Part shown: positions 28,353 to 38,693 of the stretch, one piece after another
How positions within the stretch are numbered: the stretch's first letter is position 1
How the letters are laid out: each line of letters starts with the position of its first letter
Assembly (NCBI GenBank): GCA_947446855.1
Contig: CANFIH010000001.1
Span: forward strand, 11,882 to 75,881
Length of the DNA: 64,000 bases
Direction of reading: 5' to 3'
From: Burkholderiales bacterium
Lineage (GTDB): Bacteria; Pseudomonadota; Gammaproteobacteria; Burkholderiales; Burkholderiaceae_C
Made by a program: the position numbers and the translations under genes
The notes under the pieces: generated by a model
Seen by the model: only the letters and a program-made list of their open reading frames with translations
Told to the model about the DNA's origin: nothing
Databases searched by the model: none

Positions 28353-29957
28353 ATGGATTTCAAACCCGACTACATCATCGTTGGCGCCGGCTCTGCCGGC
28401 TGCATCCTGGCTAACCGCCTGAGCGCTGATCCCGCTACCAAGGTACTGCTGCTGGAAGCCGGTGGCAGTGACAACAGTTTGTTCTACCGCATGCCTGCCG
28501 GTTTCTTCGAACTGATGAAATCCGGCAAGGGCAATTGGAACTACGAGTCGGTTGCGCAACCCGGTTTGAACAACCGCAAGATTTACTTTCCGCGCGGCAA
28601 GGTGCTGGGCGGCTCCAGCTCCATCAATGGCCTGGTGGTGTCGCGCGGCAATGTGGGCGATTACGACCGCTGGGCCGCGATGGGCAACGCCGGCTGGTCC
28701 TACCGGGACTGCCTGCCCTACTTCAAGCGCATCGAAAACTTCCCCGGCAGCGACCCTGCTGCGCACGGCCACAGCGGTCCGGTCGGTGTCACGCTGACGC
28801 CGCTGGATCGCATGAACCCGACCTCGCGCGCCTGGATCGATGGCGGTGTGCAGGCCGGTCATCCCTTCAATCCCGATGTGAATGCGGGCGACCCGCTCGG
28901 CATGGGGCAGATGCAGGGCAACTATGCCAATGGCGTACGTCAGAGTGCTTCGGCCTGCTACCTGGCTCCCGTCATGAACCGCCCCAATCTGCGTGTCATC
29001 ACCGGTGCCCTGGCCAAGCGCATCGTCATGGACGGCGGGCAAGCCACCGGTATCGAATACCTGCAGCGCGGGCAGTCGCATACCGTGCGTGCCCAGCGCG
29101 AAGTCATTCTGGCAGGCGGTGCCATCAACTCACCGCAGTTGTTGCAGCTCTCCGGCATTGGCGAGCCCCAGGATATGCGTCCCCACGGCATCGCGGTGCG
29201 CCATGAATTGCCCGGCGTGGGTCGCAATATGAGCGACCACCTGTCGGTTGCCGTCAAGCAGCGCATGACCAAGCCGTACTCCCTGTTGGCCGATCTGAAG
29301 CCGCTGGCCATGGTCAAGGCTCTGGGTCAATACCTGCTGTTCAAATCCGGTCCGACCTCCATAGGCGCATTGGAGACCTGGGCACATCTGAAGTCCAAGC
29401 CCGAGCTGGCCTACCCCGATCTGCAGATTTATTCGGTGCCCTTGATGTACAACGACCACGGTCGTGATGTGATCAAGGAAGAGGGCTTCATGGCCGTGCT
29501 CAATGGCATACAGCCGGGCAGCGTCGGCACGGTCAAGATCCGCTCCAACAATCCGACCGATGTGCCTGCGATTGACCCCAGGTACCTCTCCGATCCCGAT
29601 GACCTGCGCGTGCTGCGCGACGGCATCCGCCTTTCGCGCGAAATCATCGCGCAAAAAGCCTACGACGGCTTCCGCGGCAGTGAGTACGCGCCGGGCGAAA
29701 AGGCCAACAGCGACGCGGAATTGGACGCCTATATCCGCAAGGAAGCCAATACCTTGTACCACCCGGTGGGTACCTGCAAGATGGGCAACGATGACACGGC
29801 CGTGGTGGACGCGGAACTGCGTGTGCGCGGTATCAGCGGACTGCGCGTGATCGACGCTTCCATCATGCCCCACATCACCAGCGGCAACACCAACTTCCCC
29901 ACCATGATGATTGCCGAAAAAGGTGCAGACCTGATCCTCGGCAAGGCCGGCGCATAA
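28353..29957 (+). CDS. GMC-family flavin alcohol dehydrogenase (AlkJ/choline dehydrogenase-like)
   Basis: [36 protein letters not shown]. Confidence 0.9.
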   Translation: MDFKPDYIIVGAGSAGCILANRLSADPATKVLLLEAGGSDNSLFYRMPAGFFELMKSGKGNWNYESVAQPGLNNRKIYFPRGKVLGGSSSINGLVVSRGNVGDYDRWAAMGNAGWSYRDCLPYFKRIENFPGSDPAAHGHSGPVGVTLTPLDRMNPTSRAWIDGGVQAGHPFNPDVNAGDPLGMGQMQGNYANGVRQSASACYLAPVMNRPNLRVITGALAKRIVMDGGQATGIEYLQRGQSHTVRAQREVILAGGAINSPQLLQLSGIGEPQDMRPHGIAVRHELPGVGRNMSDHLSVAVKQRMTKPYSLLADLKPLAMVKALGQYLLFKSGPTSIGALETWAHLKSKPELAYPDLQIYSVPLMYNDHGRDVIKEEGFMAVLNGIQPGSVGTVKIRSNNPTDVPAIDPRYLSDPDDLRVLRDGIRLSREIIAQKAYDGFRGSEYAPGEKANSDAELDAYIRKEANTLYHPVGTCKMGNDDTAVVDAELRVRGISGLRVIDASIMPHITSGNTNFPTMMIAEKGADLILGKAGA

Positions 29958-30002
29958 GTTCCGCCCCGCTCGCATCCATTCCCCAATCGAGAGAAACAAA
30001 CC

Positions 30003-30272
30003 ATGCAAGATTTAGGTACCAGCGGCGAAGCCTGCCCGTTTTCCTTCAATTTCGATGCCGCCACCTTTTCGGTGGGGCAAATGGTGAGCTACCGGGTGCC
30101 TGACCGCTTTCCGGACTTCCCCTTTGTGGGCATTCTGGTGGCCGTGCACGCGGACTATGTCGAGATCTCCCCCAACGACCCCCTGAGCCCCACCAAGCGC
30201 ATGAAGGGCACCCGCGAAAGCCGCCCGGTTGTCACGGCGGAAGAAGCCCTGTCGGAGGCGACCCATGCTTAA
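30003..30272 (+). CDS. Hypothetical protein (89 aa)
   Basis: Fills the GMC-ACAD gap, has an upstream GAGA RBS-like sequence and overlaps the next start; no recognised motif. Confidence 0.65.
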   Translation: MQDLGTSGEACPFSFNFDAATFSVGQMVSYRVPDRFPDFPFVGILVAVHADYVEISPNDPLSPTKRMKGTRESRPVVTAEEALSEATHA

Positions 30273-31416
30273 GCCCCGCGCAGCCCACAACCCCGACCAG
30301 GAGATGTTTCGCGACGCGGTGCGTGGCTTCATCAAGGCCGAAATCACGCCGCACTTCGAGCGTTGGGAGGCAGACGGCATCGTGGACCGCAGCTATTGGG
30401 CCAAGGGCGGTCAGGCCGGTTTGCTCTGCCCGCAAATTCCCGAGGAATATGGCGGGCCGGGTGCCAACTTTGAATACAACGCCATCGTCAATGAAGAGAT
30501 CGGCTATGCAGGTTATGCCGGGCCACTGACCAACTTTTCGGTGCACAGCGACGTCTGCGCCGGCTACATCCTGAAGGCCGGAACCGAGGAGCAGAAGAAG
30601 CACTGGCTGCCGCGCATGGTCAGCGGGGAAACCGTCTGCGCCATTGCCATGACCGAGCCCGGCACCGGCAGCGACCTGCAGGGGGTAAAGACACGCGCGG
30701 TGCGCGACGGCGATGTCTACCGCATCAGCGGCTCCAAAACCTTTATCTCCAACGGCCAGCACTGCGACCTGGTGATTGTGGTGGCCCGCACCTCGGATGC
30801 TCCGGGTGCCAAAGGACTGAGCCTGGTTCTGGTGGAGACCGACCGGCCGGGCTTTCGGCGCGGCAAGAAACTGGACAAGCTGGGACACCGCTCATCGGAC
30901 ACCTCGGAGATGTTCTTCGACGAAGTGGAAGTGCCGGTCAGCAACCTGATGGGCGGCGAAGGCTCCGGCTTCAGCATCCTGATGAATGAGTTGCCGCAGG
31001 AGCGGCTGATCATTGCCTTCCACTCCATGGCGGCGGCGCAGCGCGCCTTCGACATCACCTGCGGCTATGTGCAGGACCGCAAGGCTTTTGGCAAACCGAT
31101 TGGCGACTTCCAGAACACCCGTTACAAACTGGCCGACCTGAAGGCCGATCTGCTGGTGGGCTGGTCTTTTGTGGACCAGTGCCTGGCCAGGCATGTGCGC
31201 GGCGAACTCAGCGCGCTGGATGCCTCCACCGCCAAGCTCTGGTGCAGCGAAATGCACGGCCGACTGGTCGACCAGTGCCTGCAGTTCCACGGCGGCTATG
31301 GCTTTATGCGCGAGTACGAGATCTGCCGCCTGTACACCGATGCAAGGGTTCAGCGCATTTATGGCGGCACGTCCGAGATCATGCGCGAGCTGATTTCCAG
31401 AAACCTGCAGGAATAA
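30265..31416 (+). CDS. Acyl-CoA dehydrogenase (long-chain type)
   Basis: AMTEPGTGSDL, GSKTFISNG, CLQFHGGYGFMREY, RIYGGTSE. Confidence 0.92.
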   Translation: MLKPRAAHNPDQEMFRDAVRGFIKAEITPHFERWEADGIVDRSYWAKGGQAGLLCPQIPEEYGGPGANFEYNAIVNEEIGYAGYAGPLTNFSVHSDVCAGYILKAGTEEQKKHWLPRMVSGETVCAIAMTEPGTGSDLQGVKTRAVRDGDVYRISGSKTFISNGQHCDLVIVVARTSDAPGAKGLSLVLVETDRPGFRRGKKLDKLGHRSSDTSEMFFDEVEVPVSNLMGGEGSGFSILMNELPQERLIIAFHSMAAAQRAFDITCGYVQDRKAFGKPIGDFQNTRYKLADLKADLLVGWSFVDQCLARHVRGELSALDASTAKLWCSEMHGRLVDQCLQFHGGYGFMREYEICRLYTDARVQRIYGGTSEIMRELISRNLQE

Positions 31417-31424
31417 GGTGCACC

Positions 31425-32654
31425 ATGGCACAGGACAATCGTGAAAAAGTGGTGGTGGTCGGTGCCGGCCATGGCGGCGGCTCGGTGGTGGCCTGTCTGC
31501 GCCAGTATGGCTATACCGGCGATATTGAGCTGATTGGTATGGAGCCCGTGGTCCCATACCACCGGCCTCCGCTGTCCAAAGCCTGGATGAAGGGTGAGAC
31601 CAGCACGCAGGCCCTGGCACTCAAGCCCGAGGCCTTTTACGCCACCGAGAATATCGCCCTGCGTTTGGGAACGCGCGTGGCGCGCATCGACGCCGCGCGC
31701 TGCTGCGTGGTCCTGGATGACGGCGCCGAAGTCGTTTATGACCAACTGGTGCTCGCTCCCGGTGCCGATGCCCGCTCCCTGCCCATGCCGGGGGCCGCGT
31801 TTGGCAACGTCCTGAGTCTGCGCAACCTGAACGATGCGGCAGGCCTGCGTGCCGCGCTCACTCCAGGGAAAAAACTGGTCATCATTGGTGGCGGCTATGT
31901 CGGACTGGAATGTGCGGCGACAGCGCGTTCCCTGGGCGTGGAGGTGGTGCTGGTGGAGCGCGCGCCGCGTCTGCTGGAGCGCGTTGCCAGCGCTGCCATT
32001 TCGACCTTTCTGCAAAGCTACCACCAGAGCCGCGGCGTGGTGATCGTGACCGCGGCCGACCTGCTGGCCATCGACGGCGCAGCCCGGGCCGAGGGCATCC
32101 GTTTGAAAGACGGGCGCAGCTTTGCCTGCGACGCGCTGCTGGTGGGCGTGGGCGCCAACCCCTCTGTGGCTCTGGCGCAGGAGGCCGGTCTGGCCTGCGA
32201 CGACGGCATTCTGGTGGATGCGGATTGCCGCAGTTCGCAGGCGAATATTTTTGCCCTGGGCGATGCCGCCAAGCGCCCGCATGAGGTCTATGGGCGTGCG
32301 CTGCGTCTGGAAAGCGTGCCCAGCGCGCTGGAGCAGGCCAAACGGGTCGCTGCAGTTCTCACGGGCCGGGAGCCCGCGGCTGCCGAGGTGCCGTGGTTCT
32401 GGTCGGATCAATACGATCTGAAGCTGCAAATGGCCGGTCTGCTGTTTGAAGCCACCCAAAGCGTGGTGCGCGGTGACCCTGAGCACAGCAAGTTCGCCGT
32501 CTACCACCTGTGTGCCGGGCGCGTTGTCGCGGTGGAAGCTGTCAACTCGCCGCAGGACTTCATGGCGGGCAAGAAGATGATCGCCAACAAGACCGTGGTC
32601 GACGCCACGCGCCTGGCCGACACGGCGGTTGCGCTCAAGGACTTGCTCGCTTGA
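31425..32654 (+). CDS. FAD-dependent ferredoxin reductase (putidaredoxin-reductase type)
   Basis: VVVGAGHGG, YHRPPLSK, IIGGGYVGLE, PWFWSDQYD. Confidence 0.92.
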   Translation: MAQDNREKVVVVGAGHGGGSVVACLRQYGYTGDIELIGMEPVVPYHRPPLSKAWMKGETSTQALALKPEAFYATENIALRLGTRVARIDAARCCVVLDDGAEVVYDQLVLAPGADARSLPMPGAAFGNVLSLRNLNDAAGLRAALTPGKKLVIIGGGYVGLECAATARSLGVEVVLVERAPRLLERVASAAISTFLQSYHQSRGVVIVTAADLLAIDGAARAEGIRLKDGRSFACDALLVGVGANPSVALAQEAGLACDDGILVDADCRSSQANIFALGDAAKRPHEVYGRALRLESVPSALEQAKRVAAVLTGREPAAAEVPWFWSDQYDLKLQMAGLLFEATQSVVRGDPEHSKFAVYHLCAGRVVAVEAVNSPQDFMAGKKMIANKTVVDATRLADTAVALKDLLA

Positions 32655-32684
32655 AGACCTGAGGCCTTCAGGCGGGATGAGGAC

Positions 32685-34442
32685 TTAGCCTGGGGCCTTC
32701 AGTCCGGGGAAGTCTTCTTCAAAGTATTCGTGTTCACCCCGCAGGGACTGGGCCTGGCGCTCGCTTTCCAGTGCACGCAACTGCACGCGCCGGATCTTGC
32801 CCGACAGGGTCTTGGGCAGCTCGGTGACAAACTCCAGCCGCCGCACCCGCTTGTAGGGTGCCAACTGCGTGCGTGCAAAGGCAAAGATGGCCTCGGCCAG
32901 AGCGGGGCTGGGCACAGCGTCCGCCGTCAAGATCAGATAGGCCTTGGGCACGGCCAGACGCAGCGGGTCCGGGCTGGGGATCACCGCCACCTCGGCCACG
33001 CTGGAATGTTCAATCAACGCGCTTTCCAGCTCAAACGGGCTGATGCGGTAGTCCGAGGCCTTGAACACATCGTCTGCCCGGCCGACAAAGGTGATGTAGC
33101 CGTTCGCGCCGCGCGTTGCCGTGTCACCGGTGTGGTAGTGGCCGTCACGCATGGCTTTCCGGGTGTTCTCCTCGCTGTCCTGGTAGCCCTGCATCAGGCC
33201 CAGGGGGCGCGGTGACAGCACCAGGCAGACCTCCCCCTCGTCTGCGGCATGGCCGTCAGGGTCCAGCAGCGCAATGCGGTAGCCCGGCAGAGGTCGCCCC
33301 ATGGAGCCGGGTATCAGTTTTTGCCCTGGCGTGTTGCCCACCTGGGCGGTGGTCTCGGTCTGGCCGTAGCCATCACGCAGGGTCAGGCCCCAGGCCGTGC
33401 GCACCTGTTCAATGATCTCGGGGTTCAGCGGCTCGCCCGCGCCTATGAGCTCGCGCAGACTTAAGCCGCTGCGGTAGGTGGCCAGGTCTTCCTGAATCAG
33501 CATGCGCCACACCGTGGGTGGCGCGCACAGGCTGGTTACGCTGTGCGCAGCCAGCACCGACAGCATGGCCTGTGCATCAAAGCGGGCGTAGTTGTAAATG
33601 AAGATGCAGGCCCCGGCGTTCCAGGGCGCAAAGAAGCAGCTCCAGGCGTGCTTGGCCCAACCGGGTGAAGAGATGTTCAGGTGCACATCACCGGGCTTGA
33701 GTCCGATCCAGTACATGGTGGACAGATGGCCCACCGGGTAGCTCTGGTGCGTGTGCAGCACCAGTTTCGGTTTCGACGTGGTGCCGGAGGTGAAGTACAG
33801 CAGCAGGGGATCGGTGGCACGCGTAGTGCCGTCAGGGGTGAAGTCTGACGCCGCTTGCGCCGCATCCTCCAGACATTGCCAACCGGCATGGCGTGCACCC
33901 ACGCTGATGCGGGTGAAGTCCCCATCCAGCGCCGCAAACTTGGGCACCAGCTCCTGCGCCACGGCCACGTGGCGCACTTCACCGCGCGTGATCCGGTCCA
34001 CCAGATCGTCCGCCGTCAGCAGGGTGCTGGCCGGAATCAGCACGGCACCCAGCTTCATGCAGGCCAGCATCAATTCCCACAACGCCAGTTCATTGCCCAT
34101 CATCAACAGCACGCGGTCGCCGCGCCGCACACCCAGGCTGCGCAGGTAGTTGGCTACCTGCGATGAGCGCTCGGACATTTGCCGGAAGGAGCGCTGCACC
34201 TTGCTGCCATCCTCTGCGATGATGAGCAGCGCGGGTGCCTCGTTGCCCCGGGCCATGGCGTCAAAATAGTCCAGCGCCCAGTTGAAATGGTCCAGTTCGG
34301 GCCAGCGGAAATCGCGGCAGGCGGTGTCATAGTCCTCGCGGTGTTGCAGCAGGAAGTCGCGGGCCTGCAAGAAGGCACGCTGGCCGGTGTTGGCGCTTGC
34401 GTCTGCTTGGCTTGTGCTGTCGGGGATGGTGCTCATGGTCAT
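32685..34442 (-). CDS. Short/medium-chain acyl-CoA synthetase (CymE-like; possible isobutyrate-CoA ligase)
   Basis: YFTSGTTSKPK, DGYGQTET, PKTLSGKIRR; last gene of the cmt-like operon. Confidence 0.85.
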   Translation of the reverse strand: MTMSTIPDSTSQADASANTGQRAFLQARDFLLQHREDYDTACRDFRWPELDHFNWALDYFDAMARGNEAPALLIIAEDGSKVQRSFRQMSERSSQVANYLRSLGVRRGDRVLLMMGNELALWELMLACMKLGAVLIPASTLLTADDLVDRITRGEVRHVAVAQELVPKFAALDGDFTRISVGARHAGWQCLEDAAQAASDFTPDGTTRATDPLLLYFTSGTTSKPKLVLHTHQSYPVGHLSTMYWIGLKPGDVHLNISSPGWAKHAWSCFFAPWNAGACIFIYNYARFDAQAMLSVLAAHSVTSLCAPPTVWRMLIQEDLATYRSGLSLRELIGAGEPLNPEIIEQVRTAWGLTLRDGYGQTETTAQVGNTPGQKLIPGSMGRPLPGYRIALLDPDGHAADEGEVCLVLSPRPLGLMQGYQDSEENTRKAMRDGHYHTGDTATRGANGYITFVGRADDVFKASDYRISPFELESALIEHSSVAEVAVIPSPDPLRLAVPKAYLILTADAVPSPALAEAIFAFARTQLAPYKRVRRLEFVTELPKTLSGKIRRVQLRALESERQAQSLRGEHEYFEEDFPGLKAPG

Positions 34443-34475
34443 GTCCTTTGTCTCCTATTTTTTCTTGTAGCCAAA

Positions 34476-35537
34476 TCAGCCGGCTTCGCTCATCACCGGC
34501 AAAGCGTGCGTACGGTTGTGAGCCGCCAGCTTGAGCAGGTCCAGCGCCACGTCCACAATCATGTCCTCCTGGCCGCCCACCATGCGGCGCCGGCCCAACT
34601 CCACCAGAATGTCCACGGTTTTGATGCCGTACTTGCTGGCGGCCAATTCGGCATGGCGCAAAAAGCTGGAGTACACCCCGGCATAGCCCAGCGCCAAGGT
34701 CTCGCGATCCACCCGGACCGGCCGATCCTGCAGCGGTCGCACGATGTCATCGGCCGCATCCATCAGCTGGTACAGGTCGCATCCATGGTTCCAGCCCATG
34801 CGCCCGGCCGCAGCGATGAATACTTCGAGCGGCGCGTTGCCGGCTCCCGCACCCATGCCGGCCAGGCTGGCGTCGACGCGGTCGCAGCCTTCCTCCACGG
34901 CGACGATGCTGTTGGCCACACCCAGGCTGAGGTTGTGGTGGGCGTGCATGCCGGTCTGGGTTTCGGGCTTGAGCAGGTCCTTGAAGGCACGAAAGCGGTC
35001 GCGTACCTCGTTCATGGACAGCGCACCGCCGGAGTCGACCACGTAGCAGCAGGTGGCGCCATAGCTCTCCATCAGTTTGGCCTGCTGGGCCAGGCCCTGG
35101 GGCGTCTGCATATGGCTCATCATCAGAAAGCCCACGGCCTCCATGCCCAGGTGGCGCGCGTATTCGATGTGCTGGCGCGAGATGTCGGCCTCGGTGCAAT
35201 GCGTGGCCACGCGCACAATGCGCGCGCCAGCGTCATAGGCAGCGCGCAGGTCGTGCACGGTGCCTATGCCGGGCAGCAGCAGGGTAGCGATCTTCGCGTG
35301 CTTGACCACGCTGGCCACGGCCTCGATCCACTCCACATCGGTGTGGGCGCCAAAGCCGTAGTTGAAGCTGCCGCCCTGCAGGCCGTCACCGTGCGCCACT
35401 TCGATGCTGTCCACTTTGGCATCATCCAGGGCCTTGGCAATCTGCTTGGCCTGGGCCACGCTGTATTGGTGGCGTATGGCATGGCTGCCGTCGCGCAGGG
35501 TCACGTCGGAGATATAGATTTTCTTTGTGGTGTTCAT
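34476..35537 (-). CDS. dmpG: 4-hydroxy-2-oxovalerate aldolase
   Basis: [36 protein letters not shown]. Confidence 0.95.
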   Translation of the reverse strand: MNTTKKIYISDVTLRDGSHAIRHQYSVAQAKQIAKALDDAKVDSIEVAHGDGLQGGSFNYGFGAHTDVEWIEAVASVVKHAKIATLLLPGIGTVHDLRAAYDAGARIVRVATHCTEADISRQHIEYARHLGMEAVGFLMMSHMQTPQGLAQQAKLMESYGATCCYVVDSGGALSMNEVRDRFRAFKDLLKPETQTGMHAHHNLSLGVANSIVAVEEGCDRVDASLAGMGAGAGNAPLEVFIAAAGRMGWNHGCDLYQLMDAADDIVRPLQDRPVRVDRETLALGYAGVYSSFLRHAELAASKYGIKTVDILVELGRRRMVGGQEDMIVDVALDLLKLAAHNRTHALPVMSEAG

Positions 35538-35552
35538 GGGGTGCTTCCTGCC

Positions 35553-36515
35553 TCAGGCGGTGGTCTCTGCCAGGGCTTGCCCGAGCATTTTTTTGGCCAT
35601 GCGCTCGGCCGTTCGCAAGGCAGCACTGGTCATGATGTCGAGGTTGCCGGCATAGGCGGGCAGGTAGTGCGCCGCACCTTCAACTTCCAGAAATACCGAG
35701 GTCTTGAGTCCGCTCATGCGCGGGCCGACGCCGGGGATGTTGATGGGCTGGCTGGCCTCAATGCGGTCGAATTGCACCTGCTGCTTGAGGCGATAGCCCG
35801 GCACATAGTCCTGTACGGCAGCCGCCATGCGGGCCACCGATTTGGCAATCGCCTCCTCGTCGGCAAACTCGCTCAGCGTGTAAACGGTGTCGCGCATGAT
35901 CAGCGGCGGCTCGGCCGGATTGAGCACGATGATGGCCTTGCCCTTGGCCGCACCACCCACCACCTCGATGGCCCTGGAGGTGGTCTCGGTGAATTCGTCG
36001 ATGTTGGCGCGCGTGCCGGGGCCGGCACTCTTGCTGGAAATGCTGGCCACGATCTCGCCGTAATGCACCTTTGCCACGCGCGATACGGCCGCCACCATGG
36101 GGATAGTGGCCTGGCCACCGCAGGTGACCATGTTGACGTTCAGTGCGTCCAGATGGGCCTCACCGTTCACCACCGGAATGCAGTAGGGACCAATGGCTGC
36201 AGGCGTCAGGTCCACCAGACGTATGCCGGGCTTGTGCTGGCGCAACAGTGCGTCGTTCTGGATGTGGGATGCGGCGCTGGTGGCGTCGAACACGATGTCC
36301 ACGTCGGCAAACACGGGCATCTGAACCAGGCCTTGCACGCCCTCGTGGGTGATGGCTACGCCCATGCGGGCGGCGCGTGCCAAGCCGTCGGAAGCGGCGT
36401 CGATGCCGACCATGGCGGCCAGTTCAATATGCTGGCCGTGGCGCAGGATCTTGATCATCAGATCGGTGCCGATATTGCCGCTGCCAATGATGGCGGCCTT
36501 GAGTTTGCGTGTCAT
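35553..36515 (-). CDS. dmpF: Acetaldehyde dehydrogenase (acylating)
   Basis: [43 protein letters not shown]. Confidence 0.95.
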   Translation of the reverse strand: MTRKLKAAIIGSGNIGTDLMIKILRHGQHIELAAMVGIDAASDGLARAARMGVAITHEGVQGLVQMPVFADVDIVFDATSAASHIQNDALLRQHKPGIRLVDLTPAAIGPYCIPVVNGEAHLDALNVNMVTCGGQATIPMVAAVSRVAKVHYGEIVASISSKSAGPGTRANIDEFTETTSRAIEVVGGAAKGKAIIVLNPAEPPLIMRDTVYTLSEFADEEAIAKSVARMAAAVQDYVPGYRLKQQVQFDRIEASQPINIPGVGPRMSGLKTSVFLEVEGAAHYLPAYAGNLDIMTSAALRTAERMAKKMLGQALAETTA

Positions 36516-36526
36516 GGTGTCAGCCT

Positions 36527-37318
36527 TCAGGACATGCGGCAGGAAACGGAGCCCAGGGCACCGATCTGCGCGTGGATCAGGTCACCGGCGCGCACTGCCA
36601 CCATGGGACCCAGGGCACCCGAGAGAATGACTTCGCCGGCGCGCAGGCCCTGGCCAAGTGCTGCCATGGTGCGCGCCAGCCAGTAGGCCGCGCGCAGGGG
36701 ATGGCCCAGGCAGGCCGCACCGGTGCCTACCGATACCGTTTGACCGTTCTGTTGCATGTGCATGCCCAGAGCGCCCAGATCCAGTTGGCCCAGGGCCACC
36801 GGTTGGTCGCCCAGCACATAAAGGCCGCTGGAGGCGTTGTCGGCCACGGTATCCACCAGGCTGATCTTCCAGTCGGCAATGGCACTGTCCACAATTTCCA
36901 ATGCGGGCAGGGCGTAGGCGATGCTGGCCAGAAATTCGGCCCAGGTCGGTGTGCTGCTGTCCAGGTCGCGGCCCACCACCAAGGCAACTTCGGCCTCAAT
37001 CTTGGGCTGCATCAGGCGCGCTGTGGGTACGTCCTGCGCGTTGAGGTATTCCATGTCGTCAAACAGGATGCCGAAGTCGGGTTGGTCCACGCCGAGCTGC
37101 AACTGCACGGCCTTGGAGGTCAGGCCCACCTTCTTGCCCACCACACGGCGTCCGCCATCCATTTGGGCGCGGGTGTTGAGGGCTGCCACGGCATAGGCGG
37201 CTTCCAGCCCCTGGATGCCAAAGCTGGTGGAGACCGGGGCGATCGGGTTGCGCGTGCTGCGCGCCGTGCGCAGCGCCAGGGCGGCTTGCTGTACCGCGTC
37301 GGTGATGGGTGGGTTCAT
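36527..37318 (-). CDS. mhpD: 2-keto-4-pentenoate (2-hydroxypenta-2,4-dienoate) hydratase
   Basis: [36 protein letters not shown]; start trimmed to MNPPIT. Confidence 0.9.
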   Translation of the reverse strand: MNPPITDAVQQAALALRTARSTRNPIAPVSTSFGIQGLEAAYAVAALNTRAQMDGGRRVVGKKVGLTSKAVQLQLGVDQPDFGILFDDMEYLNAQDVPTARLMQPKIEAEVALVVGRDLDSSTPTWAEFLASIAYALPALEIVDSAIADWKISLVDTVADNASSGLYVLGDQPVALGQLDLGALGMHMQQNGQTVSVGTGAACLGHPLRAAYWLARTMAALGQGLRAGEVILSGALGPMVAVRAGDLIHAQIGALGSVSCRMS

Positions 37319-37665
37319 GGCTGGGGGTCCTCGGGGTGAATGAATACTTCGCCATCCTTGACGAAGGTTTTGTAGGCGCGAATCGGGGTGACGGCCGGGA
37401 AGGTGAGGGCGCTGCCGGTCTTCAGGCAGAAACGGCCCACATGCCAGGGACATTCCACCTGGCCGTCCTCGAACGTGCCCTCGGACAACGAGGCGTTGCC
37501 GTGCGAGCAGGTGTCATCGGTGACATAGAAGGCGCCATCCAGGTGGTAGACCGCAAGCGGTGCCCGGCCATCGACCTCCACGCGCAGGGCTTCGCCGTCA
37601 TCAACAGCGTCCACGCGGCAGAGGTGAAGGGCGCCGGCGTTGTCAGATTGATCTGTGTGTTCCAT
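37315..37665 (-). CDS. Rieske-type ferredoxin of ring-hydroxylating dioxygenase (CmtAd-like)
   Basis: DDTCSHGNASLSEG...VECPWHVGRF; start trimmed to MEHTD. Confidence 0.9.
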   Translation of the reverse strand: MEHTDQSDNAGALHLCRVDAVDDGEALRVEVDGRAPLAVYHLDGAFYVTDDTCSHGNASLSEGTFEDGQVECPWHVGRFCLKTGSALTFPAVTPIRAYKTFVKDGEVFIHPEDPQP

Positions 37666-37679
37666 GGGGCTGCGTGTCC

Positions 37680-38693
37680 TCAAAAAAATCGGTCGTAATG
37701 GATGTGCTCGGCCGGCACCTGGTGGTCCACCACCAGCATGCGCACCAGCACTTCGATCATGGGTGGCGGCCCGGCCAGGTAATAGTCGTGGGCCGCGAAA
37801 TTGCCCTGCAGGCGGCGAGCCAGCAGTTCGTGCACAAAGCCGCGCTCGCCCGTCCATCCATCGCCTTCCGGTGGCGGTTCGGTGGACACGGCGGCATGGA
37901 CCTGCACGCGCTGCGGCTCTGCCAGCCAATCATTGAAAACGGGCATGTCGGCCGGGCTGCGGCCGCCGTAGAAAAGCCCAATCGAACGCCGGCCCGGCTG
38001 CAGGCAGGCCGCATTGGCAATCGACAGCATGGGTGCCAGGCCTGAGCCGCCGGCAATGCACACCACGTCGCGGGGTGCATCGGGGCGCAGCTGCGCCAGG
38101 CCCAGTGGCCCGTCGATGGCCACGCTGTCACCGGGCTGCAGCGTCTCAAACAGCAGCTTGCCGGCACGCCCCTGGGGCACCTGGCGCACCATGAAGTGCC
38201 AGTCGCCCGCTTCGTTCGCAAGGTTGGACATGGAGTAAGCGCGCAGCTGACCCAGGCCCGGCAGGTCCAGCAGGGCGTATTGGCCGGGCGCAAACCGGGC
38301 GGGCTGGTTTGCGCGGAAGCGGAATTCGCGGATGTCACGGGTGACCGCGCGGCTGCCAAGGTAGCTGGCCTGGAAGCGGACTGGCGTGTGGGTCGACACA
38401 TATTCAGGCCCGCTGCGCATCTTGATTTCGCAGTCCGACAGCGGTCGGCACTGGCAGGCCAGGCGGCGGCCTTTGGCGCGGTCTTTGGCGCTCAGGCCGG
38501 GCGCCTCAGGCCACAGGTCTTCCACCTCGCCCTGCACGATGTCGCATTTGCAGGAGCCACAGCCGCCGGCGCTGCATTCGTAGGCCAAGCCCAGGCCAGC
38601 GCGCAGGCCGGCACGCAGCAGGGTATCGCCCGCGGTGTTGGGGAAGCTGGCGGCACTGCCTGCCAGCCGGACGGTAAAGGTTGGGTTGCTCAT
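37680..38693 (-). CDS. [2Fe-2S]-FAD-NADH oxidoreductase (TmoF/DmpP/NahAa type)
   Basis: YECSAGGCGSC...LACQ, RAYSM, IAGGSGLAP, YLAGPPPM, C-terminal DRFF. Confidence 0.88.
   Translation of the reverse strand: MSNPTFTVRLAGSAASFPNTAGDTLLRAGLRAGLGLAYECSAGGCGSCKCDIVQGEVEDLWPEAPGLSAKDRAKGRRLACQCRPLSDCEIKMRSGPEYVSTHTPVRFQASYLGSRAVTRDIREFRFRANQPARFAPGQYALLDLPGLGQLRAYSMSNLANEAGDWHFMVRQVPQGRAGKLLFETLQPGDSVAIDGPLGLAQLRPDAPRDVVCIAGGSGLAPMLSIANAACLQPGRRSIGLFYGGRSPADMPVFNDWLAEPQRVQVHAAVSTEPPPEGDGWTGERGFVHELLARRLQGNFAAHDYYLAGPPPMIEVLVRMLVVDHQVPAEHIHYDRFF

Noticed and set aside
26634-32654. Simple n-alkane degradation reading (CYP153 + AlkJ-like + AlkB-like)
   Set aside because: No rubredoxin; the diiron enzyme has XylM/CymAa-type motifs; context is ring cleavage and cumate catabolism. 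Alkane side activity is not excluded
34179-36686. 835-aa + strand ORF
   Set aside because: Antisense shadow of dmpG/dmpF and neighbours; no motifs; expected with high-GC codon bias
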